A DNA stretch of 64,000 nucleotides, taken from Cystobasidiomycetes sp. EMM_F5. Its lineage: Eukaryota. Under the pieces are notes generated by a model. That model worked only from the letters and a program-made list of their open reading frames with translations. It made no database searches and was not told the DNA's origin. The stretch lies in the NCBI GenBank assembly GCA_051047955.1, contig JBPGPT010000016.1, positions 248,001 to 312,000 of the forward strand, in the 5' to 3' direction. The number at the start of each line of letters is the position of its first letter. The first letter of the stretch is position 1. The position numbers and the translations under genes were made by a program. Shown one piece after another: positions 49,757-62,700 of the stretch.

Positions 49757-51008
49757 ATGGAACGATACTCGGACTGGCGAGATGCTGCGACTGGCATCAT
49801 ACCGTTCGTCGTTCCTACTGCGCCAGCTTCTGGCACTCCCCCCATCGCTCGTTATGCTCTGCTGCCCTTCCAGGCCGCCTTTGCGCTTTTACGCGTTACA
49901 ATCTTCATTCTTTCACTATGCATACTTACTGTCCTCACGGAGGCTCTGAACATTGTACTTGTAGGCATCGGTGCATTCCATTTGCGAGATGCGACTTGAG
50001 CTGACTTTGACTTTTCAGGCTGGATTGCCCACGGCCAGAGATACCACCGTAGGCAGTCTCTCCTTTGCGCTACTACGCTTCGCTCTGGCAGTATGCTTCG
50101 GGATCTATCGGATACCAGAGGAAGTCGTTTCCTCAACGCGGCGCGGTACACTCGCAAGCAATAAGAGCAGTCAAAAGATTCTTCCGCCCAGGCAAGGCGA
50201 TGTTATAGTCTCAAATTGGACATCGTATGTTGATGTTCTCTACCTGAAAGCCAAGTATGCCCGGCTCTGTCATGACTTGCCAAAGTCAAGTTGATCTAAT
50301 GAGCAGCATTACATCAGATACAACCCCGTCTTTGTTATTCCGGTCGCGACAGCCAATAGCAAGGAATGCAGCCTAAGTATGGTATCCTTGCTGCAGGCAA
50401 TACAGCTTACAGGGAGTGTGCCGCCGCAAATGGCCTCGCGAACAGACATTAGTGAGCTTCTGTCGAAAAGCAATAGACCACTTGTCGTCTTAGCGGAAGG
50501 CACAACCAGCAATAATGTAAGAGTGTTTGCACCTCTCCTTTTGAAATTTCGGATTGACGTTATTACAGCGAGCGCTGCTTCGTTTCGCCAATTTAAAGGC
50601 ACCAAGTCCTGAATCCAAGAAAAGCCGTGTCTTTTGCCTTTGCATCAGGTGAGGCCGCCGATACGCACACGCTACGAGATCTGAACAGCGTTATCATTTC
50701 TCAGGCACGACGCTGCTACCCAGTTGAAGACCAGCCTGGCATGTCCAGTGCCGGATCGCTCTGTGAACCCCTTGCCGCATATTTTCTTATCAGCGATGGC
50801 GCCCCTTTTCTTGCCGCGTTCACTGTCGGTGAAGGTACTGTCTCCTTCGGAAGCGCCAGTTGTGGGGTCCAGCGACTTTTGGAGTCGCGCAGCCACCGCC
50901 ATCTGCTCCCTGGGGAAGTTCAAGCGAACAAGCATTGGTTGGGAGGAGAAGGTCGGATTCCTCGAAGCGTATCGCCGTGGTTCCGGCAAGCCGAAGAAGC
51001 GCCGGTGA
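49757..51008 (+). CDS. Lysophosphatidic acid acyltransferase LOA1/VPS66-like
   Basis: MERYSDWRDAATGI.PF, GDVIVSNWTSYVD, LVVLAEGTTSN, GWEEKVGFL. Confidence 0.85.
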
Positions 51009-51097
51009 CAGATAGTCCAGCTTCATTTGCAATCCGACGATATTATCAAACGTCAATTTAGATGTCCTCTGCGTCGTTATGCCATGTAGTTACTGAT

Positions 51098-51667
51098 CAA
51101 GTCGGGAGGTCTGCTCCTATAGATTGCAGATAGACACGTCCGTCTTGCAGCGCACCCGTGAGGGCGCCGAGTGCCGGTCCAAACAGAAGATATCGCCCTT
51201 TAGCTCCTGAAGGTATCTTGTCTACATTGATTTGCACTCAGTCGATTTCACTGACGAGCTGGCCGAGGGGGCTTACACATTGCCTGCGCAGCAAGCGTGA
51301 GCACAACACCTCCTGTCAGACCAGCTGAAATATTGCCAAGGCCCGTTCTATGAAAGCCTTCTTTGACGGCAACAAAGGCACCAGTCCATAATCCTAGCCG
51401 TCCACCAGTTTTGAAGCCGCCTTTGAGCGCAGCAAAAGCGACCCGGTAATTCTTTGTCTTGTTGTAAAAGTACCATCCTTGCAGTGTCGTGGGCTGACGA
51501 TGTGCGTTTTCAGCGAGAAACTGCATCGACGCTTTTTGGCTGGCGGTCAGCAAACCCGACACGAAGCCGAATGCAGCAGCGAACGGTGGAATGAGCAGCA
51601 TCGTAGGGTCCGAGACATTAAGTCGGATAATTCGGGGGCTGGCCTCAGAGTCGCCATCATCCGACAT
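51098..51667 (-). CDS. Conserved fungal Tim17/Tim22-like membrane protein
   Basis: FLAENAHRQPTT.QGWYFYNKTKNYR, Gly-rich TMs, last exon GALTGALQD. Confidence 0.7.
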
Positions 51668-51794
51668 ACTTGGTCAGTTGGAAACGATGGAACAACGAAT
51701 GCAATCGCCTAATCGAGTCCGTATTCGACACCAACAAAGACTATACACGCAAGACTCCCTTACTACATGGGTAGTGATACCGTCCAATCGTAAG

Positions 51795-52789
51795 TCATTT
51801 CGCCTCTTTACACAATTTGACGAGGCACCATGCGAGATTGCGCGCTGTCCAGTCTGGTAGCTCCGCCTGTTCCGGCGGTACGCCCAGAAGACTCTTCCAA
51901 TCTACCGTACTGATGCTTCCAGATATGTCTGTCAGGGTAGATTGTGGAGGCATGACGTAGGCGAGATACTCTGCAGCCAGTGTTGCCGAAGTACCAGGCA
52001 GTGCTGTGTTGCCGAGAAATTCAACCTAGACTCTGAGATTAGCTTCCTCATGCTTGTAGTTAGCAGGTTGCATACCTGTACGACAAGGTTTGAAGCTGCT
52101 GTCGCCGCTGATCCTGAAGCCCCACCTCGAGCACTGATCACTCCTATAGACAGCCTCACATCTGCCGCCGCATCATGCAAGACTATTCCCTCGAGTTGCA
52201 TGTAGCTCGGTCGAGGTATCCATCGGCCAACCGGGGCTCCAGAAGAGCCGCTGCCATCGCCTCCACCACCCGACCTGTTTCCGTCATTGCGACCACCTAT
52301 CGGCGGCAGTAAAGAGGTAGACAGAAAGTAATCAAAGTATGTAGACGACAGAGTGGAGATGTTGACTGCCGCGCGAGCTGGATCTTCGATGACTATGGTG
52401 ACGATGTCAACGGTTGAAGCGTCACGAACCATGTACATTGTCCGCGGCGTATTTGACGTAGACGAGCTACTGCCAGGCTGTTGCTGGTTGCTTGAGGTCG
52501 CCAGCCGCATAGAACGGACTTGCATATACCATCGTGAAGTCTGTATGGCGGCCTGGAGGTATTGAGACCTTGTTAGGAAGCCTGCAAACTAGGTCAAAAT
52601 GACCAGACCAACAGGTATCGACGGCGAGGCCAGGCGACTCCGCGCCTCCATCCCAGTTCTGGCATAGGTAAGCGCCGTGCTTAAAGCAGCTTGGACTGGA
52701 TGCGCTTCAGGATTTGAAGGTCCAGCAGCAGACGGTGCGGGCGGCGTGTAGGCAAACACCGCCGTACTGTACTGTTGTCCCGGCTGCAT
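51795..52789 (-). CDS. Probable Mediator subunit MED20-like protein (3 exons)
   Basis: In-frame spliced ORF; W.PRP..QLEG..DVRLSIG..LVVQVEF pattern resembles the Med20/Srb2 beta-barrel; weak similarity from memory. Confidence 0.5.
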
Positions 52790-53171
52790 GACTTTGAGGA
52801 CACTCCGCTGGCAGTCATGACTGTTTGCGCATGTTGGGACAAGCTCGAAGTCATGACCGCAACCACAGCCGCTTTTCACGTCTGTTTGTAATTACCAGCG
52901 TCGATTTTCGACTTGCGAGTAAGGGTGAGGTGTGTGACAACGATGCTGCTGAGCGGGGGTTGTGCTATTCTAACACGAAAGATCTTTCTGTTGTTACATA
53001 AAATTACTTGGTCTCCACCTTTTCAATGCCTTCTAGCAAGCTCGAGATCTTCCGGTAGTACGACATATCTTGAGTGTCTAACGGCTTGCTGCATCTTTTA
53101 GAACATCCCGCCGCCCCTTGAGTTGACACGCCCAGTCAGCAAGCGGCTAACGAATTGAGGTCAACGCATGC

Positions 53172-55367
53172 TCACATTCCGCCCATCCCGCCCATACCAC
53201 CTCCTGGAGGACCAGCTGGCTTGTCTTCAGCACCTTCCACGATAGCAACTTCGCTCGTCGTCAACAAGGAAGCAACGCCCGCAGCGTTTGTGAACGACGA
53301 CTTGACGACTTTGAGCGGATCCAGGATACCGGCAGCAATCATGTCGCGATACTCGCTCTTTTGCGCATCATAGCCCATCTTGAAATCACCGCCGTACTTC
53401 TCGAGCAGATTGCCAACAACGACCGATCCTTCCTCTCCAGCATTTTCCACAATCGTCCGGGCAGGACGGGTGATAGCGTTTCGAATGATGGAGATGCCGA
53501 GGTCTTGGTCAAAGTTGGCGCCCTTGAGCTCCTTCAATATCAAAGAGGCCTTCAATAGCGCTGTACCACCTCCTGGTAGAATACCCTCTTCGACGGCCGC
53601 TCGCGTAGCGTTGAGCGCGTCATCGAATCGATCCTTCTTCTCGCCAACCTCGACTTCGCTCGACCCGCCAACGCGGATGACTGCAACACCGCCAGACAGC
53701 TTGGCAAGGCGCTCCTGCAGCTTCGTCTTGTCATAGTCGGAAGTCGTTGAATCTGAAATCATGGCGCGCAATTGGTCGCATCGGTCGGAGATCAGGCTCT
53801 TTCCGCCATCTCCGTTCAAAAAGATGGTGTCCTCTTTGGTCACCGTGACGCTCGCCGCTGACCCCAGCAGGTCCGCAGAGGCGCGCTCAAGCTTGACATC
53901 CAGCTCATCGGTGAAGACTGTTCCGCCTGTTAGAATGGCAAGATCGCCAAGAATCGACTTTCGATTATCGCCAAAGCCTGGTACAGAATCAATTCAGTCT
54001 TTTGATGGAAGGAATGGCACTCTTGCACTCACCTGGAGCCTTGACAGCGCATACTTGTAGCTGTCCTCGCAGCTTGTTCAGAATGCAAGCCGCCAATGCC
54101 TCGCCATCGATGTCTTCAGCAATAATCAGAAGCGGTCTCCTCTGTTGAGCAGCCATCTCCAAGCTGGGCAGTATATCTTGCAACAAGGAGATCTTCTTCT
54201 CGCTCAGCAGGATGAACGGCTTCTCAAGTTCAGCTTTTTGCGCCTTGACATCCGTAACGAAATCTGCGAACACCCATGAATGCTTCAGCGAGCATCGCAG
54301 CCGTTCGCATCACATTTGAAACATACATGGCGAAATGTAGCCACGGTCGAAGCGCATACCCTCGCTGATCTCAAGCTCGTCCTGCAAATAAAAGTAGTCT
54401 CAGTGCGTGCTCACAGCACAGATTACGAGTGATATGCATACATGCAGAGTCTTGCCCTCCTTGATGGTGATGGTACCTTCGCGACCGACCTTCTCCATCG
54501 CGTTCGCGATCAGGCTTCCGACTGAAGCGTCCCCATTGGCACTGATGGTTGCAACCGAGGCAATCTCGGAACCGGTGGTAATACTTTGCTTCTTTTCCTC
54601 AAGGTACTTTAACACAGCATCGACCGCCAATTGCGAGCCACGTCGCAAGTCGGTCGGTGAGCATCCGGCAGCAACATTCTGATCATAATGTCAGCTGAAT
54701 TACGTCGCAGTGGCCGCAGTGGTTGTCTGACCAACCTTGACACCCTCCGAGTAAATTGCACGAGCAAGGATAGTGGCAGTAGTGGTGCCGTCACCGGCAA
54801 TTTCGTTTGTCTTTTGCGCAACATCTTGTACCAAACGCGCACCCAGATTTTCAAACTTGTCTTTTAGATTGATGGCTTTTGCAACGGTGACTCCGTCTGA
54901 TCGTTGGAAGCATGTGAGCTTTGCGATACAAGCCCGCAGCCAAATTGAAGCATCTACAAACCTTTTGTAATCTGAGATTGTGGCAAAGGAAGCGCAGGCA
55001 TCAGCCGTCATGATTCGCAAGCCTGTGCAAGAAGTTGCTTCGCTGTAATTTACACACCTTGGGACCTCCATAAGGCTGATCAATGATGGCATTGCGCCCT
55101 TTAGGACCTAGGGTGACTGCCACACTTTTTGCCAAAATCTCGACGCTGCAGTACGAAATCGCCAGAAGCAAGCCAATGATGCGTTTATTTTTTTTCGCAT
55201 GTCAGCAAACTATGTCGCGATAGGCAAAGTTCTCGAGCCACTGACCCTGCCAACAACTTCTGACGGGCTTCGTTTGAAAAAGCTACGTCTTTGTAGCCTC
55301 GTGCCTGCAGAATGGCTGGCGAAGTCTTGACGGCTCGCAGATGGCGCGGTAGTGAGGTTCGGAGCAT
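53172..55367 (-). CDS. HSP60: Mitochondrial chaperonin HSP60 (GroEL family)
   Basis: Presequence, [69 protein letters not shown] tail. Confidence 0.98.
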
Positions 55368-55608
55368 GTTTGGGCAGCGTTAATGTGAAGTAGCCAGATA
55401 AACGCAGACTTGAATGGTATGCAAAGACCGGCCTGAGAAAGGTGTCTGAAATATTTCGGAGACTGACGATGATCGGGCTGCTTCTAGAATCATTCACTTC
55501 GGTTTTCGAAAAGGGTGCAAGCTGAGCACAACGCAGTATAGAATGCTCCGAAACTACATAGGAGACCGTATGTAAAGACGACGATGTATGTCAAGTGTGG
55601 GTATATCA

Positions 55609-55940
55609 CTAATGCTCGCTTTTCACTGCCTCCTGGACGGCATTGGCGCTGGCATCGGTCTGGACTGTCGGAGTTTCGAGGACAGTGGACTGGACAGATG
55701 ACAATTCAGACGAAGCACAATTGCGTCACTTTCAACTTCAACCTACCTTGTCTCCGTGAACTTCCTCGGCAGAGTGCGATTTGGAGGCTGCCTGAACGGC
55801 ATCTGCACTCGCATCGGTTTGAACGGCAGGTGTTTCAAGAACAGTAGACTGAAGGAAGTCATATAGATTAGCATTTGTGTAGTGAAGCTTCATTTCAGCT
55901 GCGCACCTTGTCACCATGCACTACCTCAGAAGCAGCAGTC
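55609..55940 (-). repeat. Exon-level tandem duplication in RanBP1 tail (about 34-aa unit)
   Basis: ..[67 protein letters not shown]; phase-0 introns at identical positions. Confidence 0.85.
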
Positions 55941-56907
55941 TCGGTAGCAGCAGTGCTCTTCTCGGACTCTACATGCTCAGCGCCAGTTTGAGGAATGGCT
56001 GAAGGAGCAGCATTTGTTGACTCGGAAGGTGGAGCGAGGCCGGCGTTGTTCTCCTGGGCAGATTCGAATGCCTTCTTGAATAGCTGCGCGTCTATCATTG
56101 ACAGAAGGAAGCTACTGTCAGCAAGCTCAAATCATGATGATGATGATATGCAGTCTACGCACTCTCAGTGTTGGCGAAACGAACAGCCAAAGTCTCTGCA
56201 TTCGGCTCGCCGTCCGAGACGTCCGCACCAACGCTGAATGAGCACACGATGTGGAGTTAACGAAGGCGCCCTGTCAATATGTCTCGCACTCACCTCCACA
56301 CCCAAGATCTGTCCGAGCCTACATTTGGCGCCAGTTTCATATCGGCAGTGACTATATGAGTTAAATTCACTACTTCAGAGGATTGCATTGAAAGATCAGG
56401 TCATATCGGCGCACTGAGGTGGTTTGCGCAAACTTTGAGGGTCTTGTCTCTTCGCATAACGAGTCGTACTCGCGAGGACTCTTTATGCTCTGAGGATTGT
56501 ACTCAGCCAATGCGCCGGTACCAAACTTTGAGCATGCCTACTTAAAAGCCTGATGTCGCCAGTACCACGTTCCTTCCATTCCTTGCTTTCTCGGTCAAAG
56601 CGGAACAGCTTTGCTCGCCTATCATCCAGTCATCGGAATGTGAGTAGAACGGTCCGCGATAATCGTCGAAAGGCCAACTTAATACGCACATCTTGAAGAG
56701 CTGCTCCTCGCCTTCCTCGCCAGTCGCAGTCTCTACGACCTGGTCGAGCTTGTGCACTGGCTCAAAGTGCTTTTCCTGCAAGAATGGCGATAGGTCATCG
56801 TCCCCGTCTCAGCCCATCATGGTTTACATTGACAATTCAGCCAAACTTGCTGGTTGCTGCTCCTCAGCCGTCCCGACAGCGGGAGTGCTCTCGGTTGTGT
56901 CTGCCAT
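55609..56907 (-). CDS. YRB1: Ran-binding protein 1 (YRB1/RanBP1) with repeated C-terminal tail
   Basis: [55 protein letters not shown]. Confidence 0.93.
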
Positions 56908-57315
56908 GTTTGCCTGAGTGTGTCGAGGTAAATGGCCTGTTTGAGTCTGTCAGAGTTGGACCTCGTCAAAGCGACGCTGGAATTGAACAACGCAAAACGC
57001 AGCATTTTGAGACGAGTAGAATAATTTGGCCTGTGAGAAACATATAATGACATCGCACACTACGTCCTCTTGATTTATCAGCGAATCTCGCTCGGTATCG
57101 CTGGAACTTGGACCGTCTCCCAATATGGAAAGACGAAATCAATGAACGTCACGAAAAACCCAATACTTGCTGCAATTGCTTTCCATCGTACAAAGACTAC
57201 ACGAGTACCTATCATTCCTCACATGCACAGTACAAATATCAGCCAAGACGAAATCGAAAAGGGGAAAAGACTAAAAGCGGAGAAATTGGGAAAAAGGGAG
57301 CTGGAGCAAGAAATT

Positions 57316-59360
57316 TTACGCTGCAGCCTTCTTCGCCTTTTTCGCAGCCTTCTTCTCCGCCTTGAGTCGCTTGCGCTCGGCCTCATCATCGTCCCCAGCG
57401 AGACCGTTAGTCGAGGCATCGGCATTGGTGGTATCGCCCGCTGCAGTCGATGCTAGGGTGAAGTCACCCATTTCCACAGCAGCAACACGCTCCAGCTTCT
57501 TCGCTGCTTTGGCTTCCTTCTTTTGCCTCTTTCGCTCCTTCTCGTCGGAGACGACCTCGTCTGCTGGCGCAGATGACGAAGCGGGGGCAGCGGCAGAGAT
57601 CTCCGCTACCTCGCCTTCGAATTCGGCAGCAGCGTCTCTCTTACGCTTCTTATCCTTCTTATCCTTTTTCCGCTTGTCTTTCTCTGTCACTGACTCGTCG
57701 ACTGCCATAGAATCGTCACCGTTGAGAGCGGCATGTGTCCCGTTCACAGCTTTTGACGGCGTCGAAGTGGAAGCGGGCGGTTGACTGGGGATAAGCGAAT
57801 CCGCACCAGTGTTGTACGTGGCACCATTGCCTTTGAGCGCAAATTTGCCGTTCGTTTTGTTCATGCTCGCTCCCGTAACAGCTCGTCGCACGCTGGTGAT
57901 GCCAAGACCTTGCTCCAGCATACGTAGTCGTGCCTCTAATCTTACACGGTTCTCGATACCAGCCAGCGGCGCATCTTCTGCAGTCTTCGTGTCTGCATCC
58001 GATAACGCATCAATACGGACGGAGAGAGCAGTCTTGGTAGCAACCATACGAGCCATCTATGCACGCGGCGGAAGTCAATGATCTTTTGTGTACTAGAGCT
58101 GTTTGATACAGGACATACCTTCCCCTTCAGTTTCTGTGGCGCTTGACCGACCAGACTGGCGTGGAATATTAATCCGTACTTCGGAGTGTCGTGCTTGGTC
58201 TTGAGTGCTCTGAAAAGAGCCTTCTCCGCTCCGAGGATCTGGATAGTGGAAGCTGGGTGCTTGGCCAGGGTCATCAGACTACCGGCGTGTGCAATCAAGC
58301 GGGCTCCAACAAGCTCGCCAACAAGTGCTGTAAGATTGGGTGCGATGGCAGTCATGCGGTTCGTGAGGTAAGAGTAGAGTTCAATGCGGTATGTCGTGAT
58401 GGATATGACTTGGTCTGCTAATAGATGGATATGTTGGAGGTCTGTAGGCGAAATTTCCGTTCCCATACTGATAACTGCAGCAGCTTTAAGCACTTCCTCG
58501 AGATCTTCAGGTAAGATGGTTGAAAAGTCTGTCGTGGCTGCGTTGGTTCGGAAGCCCATAGCCTTGACGACCTTTGCGTAGGCAAGGTTGTCGCTGATGA
58601 TCTTGGCCATTTCCGGGAAATGCCACCCGTACCATTCCTTGACTCGCATGGCATAGATATTGATTTCTTTGTCCAGATCATCCAAGAGTGCAATGGCCTG
58701 CACGATCATTGTATCAACTTTGTCCGGCGAGAATTTCAACTTGTATCTGTCACAGGTCACCAAATTAGCATGGTACTCCTCACGCTACGCTCGCTGCTCA
58801 CCTCGACAAGGAGTGCGAAAGACCGAGTGCCATCGTGGCAAGATCCTTCTCATCAATGCCAGTTTCGGCGATCAAGGTCGACAGCTGTTCGCGAATTCCT
58901 CTGAAAAGGTCCTGCGTTGTAGAATCCGCGATGACACCGATTGACAGCTTTTTGTGGATTGCCTCGGCTGAGACACTCAAAAGTCAGCTATATTGCTCTT
59001 CACTGCCTCCTTGAGCTGGCTCGACAACCCACCTAGCTTCTTGTCGGCAACCACCAGTTGCTCCTCGACCGCAGTCTTTTTGCCCTTCTTGCCGCTACTG
59101 CTGCCCTGCACCTCGTCAATAAGAAACTTCTTCAGGTTCTTGGAGATCTTTCCCTCCCCAAGAGCTTCCATGTCTTCTACTGCATCGGCAGTACTCGAAA
59201 ATCGATGAATTGCTTGCAATTTGACGAGATTTGACGCTTTGCTGGGATCCGCAAACGCCTCGCGGATAGCCTTGCCGCTGTCGCCTTTCTTGAGAATGCC
59301 AGCGTCGGTGAGCTTGAACAGGCAGAACCCGCCAGCGGTCTCGAATAATACGACCGTCAT
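57316..59360 (-). CDS. NOP58: Box C/D snoRNP protein NOP58
   Basis: [72 protein letters not shown]-rich tail. Confidence 0.97.
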
Positions 59361-59774
59361 GGCTCGACCTGGCGGATCTTGGTGTGGGCTCCGGCGAACG
59401 TCTAGGCTAGCAGCTCTCCGCTACTTGACTGGGCCAGAAGAGCAGTATAGGGCAGCAAACCTGTTGTCGTCGTTTCTTTAGGAGTCCAGAATTGTGCCCG
59501 GTCAAGATGCTGCTTCGCGGACAATGCAGCGAAAATTCATCGATCACTGTCGACGACACAGGTGCAAAGCAGGATTTTGCGAAACGTAGTACTAAGCAAG
59601 GTGCAGTGTGGAGATTGATACCCTTATGTAACGTGTTGCCCACGTCTTCTACTGCTGCCCCTTTGGCTACCGAATTATAGCAACAACAAAAATTTGAAGA
59701 AATGCGGCGGGATTGTAGAGATGGACTTAGGCCACAATGTTGATAGAGCTGCAGTCTTTGATGAGTACGGTCAG

Positions 59775-62700
59775 TCAATCCTGAAAGAACGCCTCGACCT
59801 CATCAATCGCAGGCTTTGACGGGCTTAGGTGCGGGGATCGACGAGGGCTTCTGATATGTAGGTCTATTGCGTCGGACTCGTCGTCGTCCTCCACTGCGCT
59901 GCCGTCATCATCATCGTAATTGCCATTATCATCGGCGAGGACAGCTCGCAGCGCTGGTGACCGCGGCGTGCCAGACGAGCTGGTACGTCGCAATCTAGGG
60001 GATGAACGTGGAGAAACTGAGCGTCGCCGTCTGTTCGGACTAGAGTCGTTCAATCGATCCTCTTCTTCCATGCGCTGCGCCTCCTCATCTAAAGCATGCG
60101 CCAGGTCGGGACTATCCGCAACTATCATTAGTACTCGTTATCTGGTGCAGGGTGTCAATCACAGACCTCAAGTGTTCCCAGTCATTGGTGCCTGGCATTG
60201 GGCCGTCATCGCTTCCAAAATCGCTGTTCTCGCCGTCGGATGCCAAATTGAGGTAACCAATATCTCCGACAGATTCAGAATCGCTGATTGCGTCACTCTC
60301 GCCCAAAATCGTTCCTAAAGCTTGCCAGGCCTGTTCGGCTGAGCTCATATATTGACTCTCGCCAAGAGCGCGGCTCGGAGACATTCCACCAAAGTGAGGC
60401 GAGGCTCCACCTGGACTGACAGCAGGCCTCTCCATGCTGAGAGGGCCAGATATCGGCATGCCAGAAGCATCATATACCGGCGTGAATATGTCGCCAAGCA
60501 ACTCCTCATAGTCTTCAAGGTAGCCATCCATAAGCGAATCTGGAATGTAGCTGGTGCGATAGTTATCATCGCCGCCAAAAGACGAGAGAGGCCTGGGTGG
60601 TGGAAAGACTTCATTATCGAAGAATGCACCATTTTGACCTGGTGAATGTAGCGGTCCGGGGCCCGACGGGGAGGGTAGAGCACCTGTACGATGCGATGGG
60701 TACCCGTTGGCGCCGTTCGTTTGTGTAGATCCCTGCGCGTGATATGTATGTGGAACGCCTGTTGTTGGACCAGAGCCTGGTACTCCAGGATCTAGTCCAA
60801 TTGCATGAGCACTAATATGGGACGAGGATCTGCGATGAAGCGACGGAGCAAAAGCACTGTAGTGCTTCGTGTTGTAGAATTTGACAAGTGTCCGTAAGGT
60901 TTGTTCATGTGGCTACGTTACCTCATTTAGCAAACGCTCGTGTCTGTGCTGCCACGCGTATGGGTAAACCTACTAGAGAATCGTCCAGATCGCTGTCTAC
61001 ATCAATGGTAGTCAACCATTCGTCCCGCAGGTCCGGCCTGCAATTAATGTAGATTGACGTGATGACTTTCATGTTGGCTGGTCGGACATCGTCAATAGAT
61101 GTCAATGATCGAAGGCGGAGACTATTTTACCTTGCCTCCATTTTCTACCGCAATACGGAACTTGACTCTTGATGACCTTCAGTACGTACAACTGTAATAA
61201 CGGATGCCCTACTTTGATTATTCGCTTAAGAATAGCCTGGACGAAGAATGATAATGTCGTGTTATTACTCGCACACAAATAGATACAGCAAATACCTACC
61301 GAGCTTTTGTATTGTACTAGTAAGAGAATACGGTGTGCTTTGCGCTTCGTAAGCTTCTGCAAAACGTGCAAGAAATTGATGACTGAAAAGAAGTTGCGGC
61401 GATTGAAGTCCGTCACGACTTCCGGCTCCATATCGCCATTGGCATCCAATGGAATATTGACATTCGCTTGTCTTTCGTCGTCGGTTTCTCCTTGTCGACT
61501 TTTGGATTTGAGCATGGCATCTTCCGGTCGCGCAGGAGCAGGACTGCGAGAACAGTATGTATGACAATAGTGGAAGAAGCTATACTCCCTGTCAGCTGCG
61601 AGCGGAGTCCGACTTGTCGACAAAGACTTACTTCCACTCCTCCGCCTCGTTCTTCATGCGAACTTGATTGGATACCTCTTGCAGCCCAAACATCTTGAGT
61701 ATCAGCAGCAAGCAATTCGAGTCCACAAGAAGATGAGCGAGATAGTGAAACTTCATGGCATGCGACACCTTGAACCACCTAAGCATGCTGATCAGAATCG
61801 CCGATACCGCTTTTGAGGTAATTTCGCGGTGCCGCATGATATCTGTCTCTTCTAAAGTCGCCGGGGGCAGTATGTCGGAGGCTAGTTACGCAAGGAAAAT
61901 CAGCCAAGACCAAGAAGTCGCATGTTATAAGGTCATATACCTTCGGGAAAGCTGTTAGCATTGGAGATTGTGTTCGCTGTGACGGTGGCTAGTAGGAGCT
62001 TGAGGAGCACGATGACGGTGCTCTGCATGTGAGGTAACGTAGAACGCTGCATTTGTAACGTCAGTTTTGGCATCAACGACTAGCTTTCTTACGCACATAG
62101 ACTATCTCGACGCGTTGCAGGCGTTTGACGTCCTCGATCTTTTGCGAAAGTTTCTTCTCCGCTTGTCTAAAGTCTCGATTATCCAAATTTGATGGATTCG
62201 AGTATCGCAGCGATTTGAGTTCGGCTTTGATTTGCGCTTCCAGCTGATACAGCATCGACAAACCATCCTGACGAGAATCGTCTATTTGCGAGTCTTCTTC
62301 GAGGCTTGGACGCGTGCGGGGATAGTCATCGCTTATAGTCAAGCCATCTAATCGATTTGTCAGTTCGTTCAAAGCGGGACCGGTCAGCGAGGGGTCCGGC
62401 GACTTGACGGCACCGTCAATGTCGACGCCAGTCTCGTCAGCCAGGTATTCTTCTCGCAGCTTCCACGTCTGCCAGAGCTCCGTGCTAAAGCGAAGATTCC
62501 GAGCGTACAACTTTCCAGCTTCATCGATACTGAAGGGTACTGTCATTTTCCCTCTGCCCTTGTTGGTCGAATAGTGGCCGCCGCCAATATTTGCTTGAGA
62601 GAATGGCAAGACAAAGGGCTTGTTCTGGTCCGTTTGGTATTGCTGCTTTTTGGGCTTATTCGGTGGAGGTGTTGGAGGAGGACTCGGAGCGGGTGTTGGA

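Noticed and set aside
50200..50240. Acyltransferase motif NWTSYVD lacks the HX4D histidine
   Set aside because: A non-His motif is, as I recall, normal for the LOA1/VPS66 subfamily, so not evidence of a pseudogene
28039..55367. HSP10 and HSP60 as a linked GroES/GroEL-like pair
   Set aside because: About 25 kb and a dozen genes apart with no shared promoter; only synteny data could make it meaningful
55480..55515. Heat-shock element upstream of HSP60 (TTCTAGAA)
   Set aside because: Only two inverted nGAAn units; too weak to call
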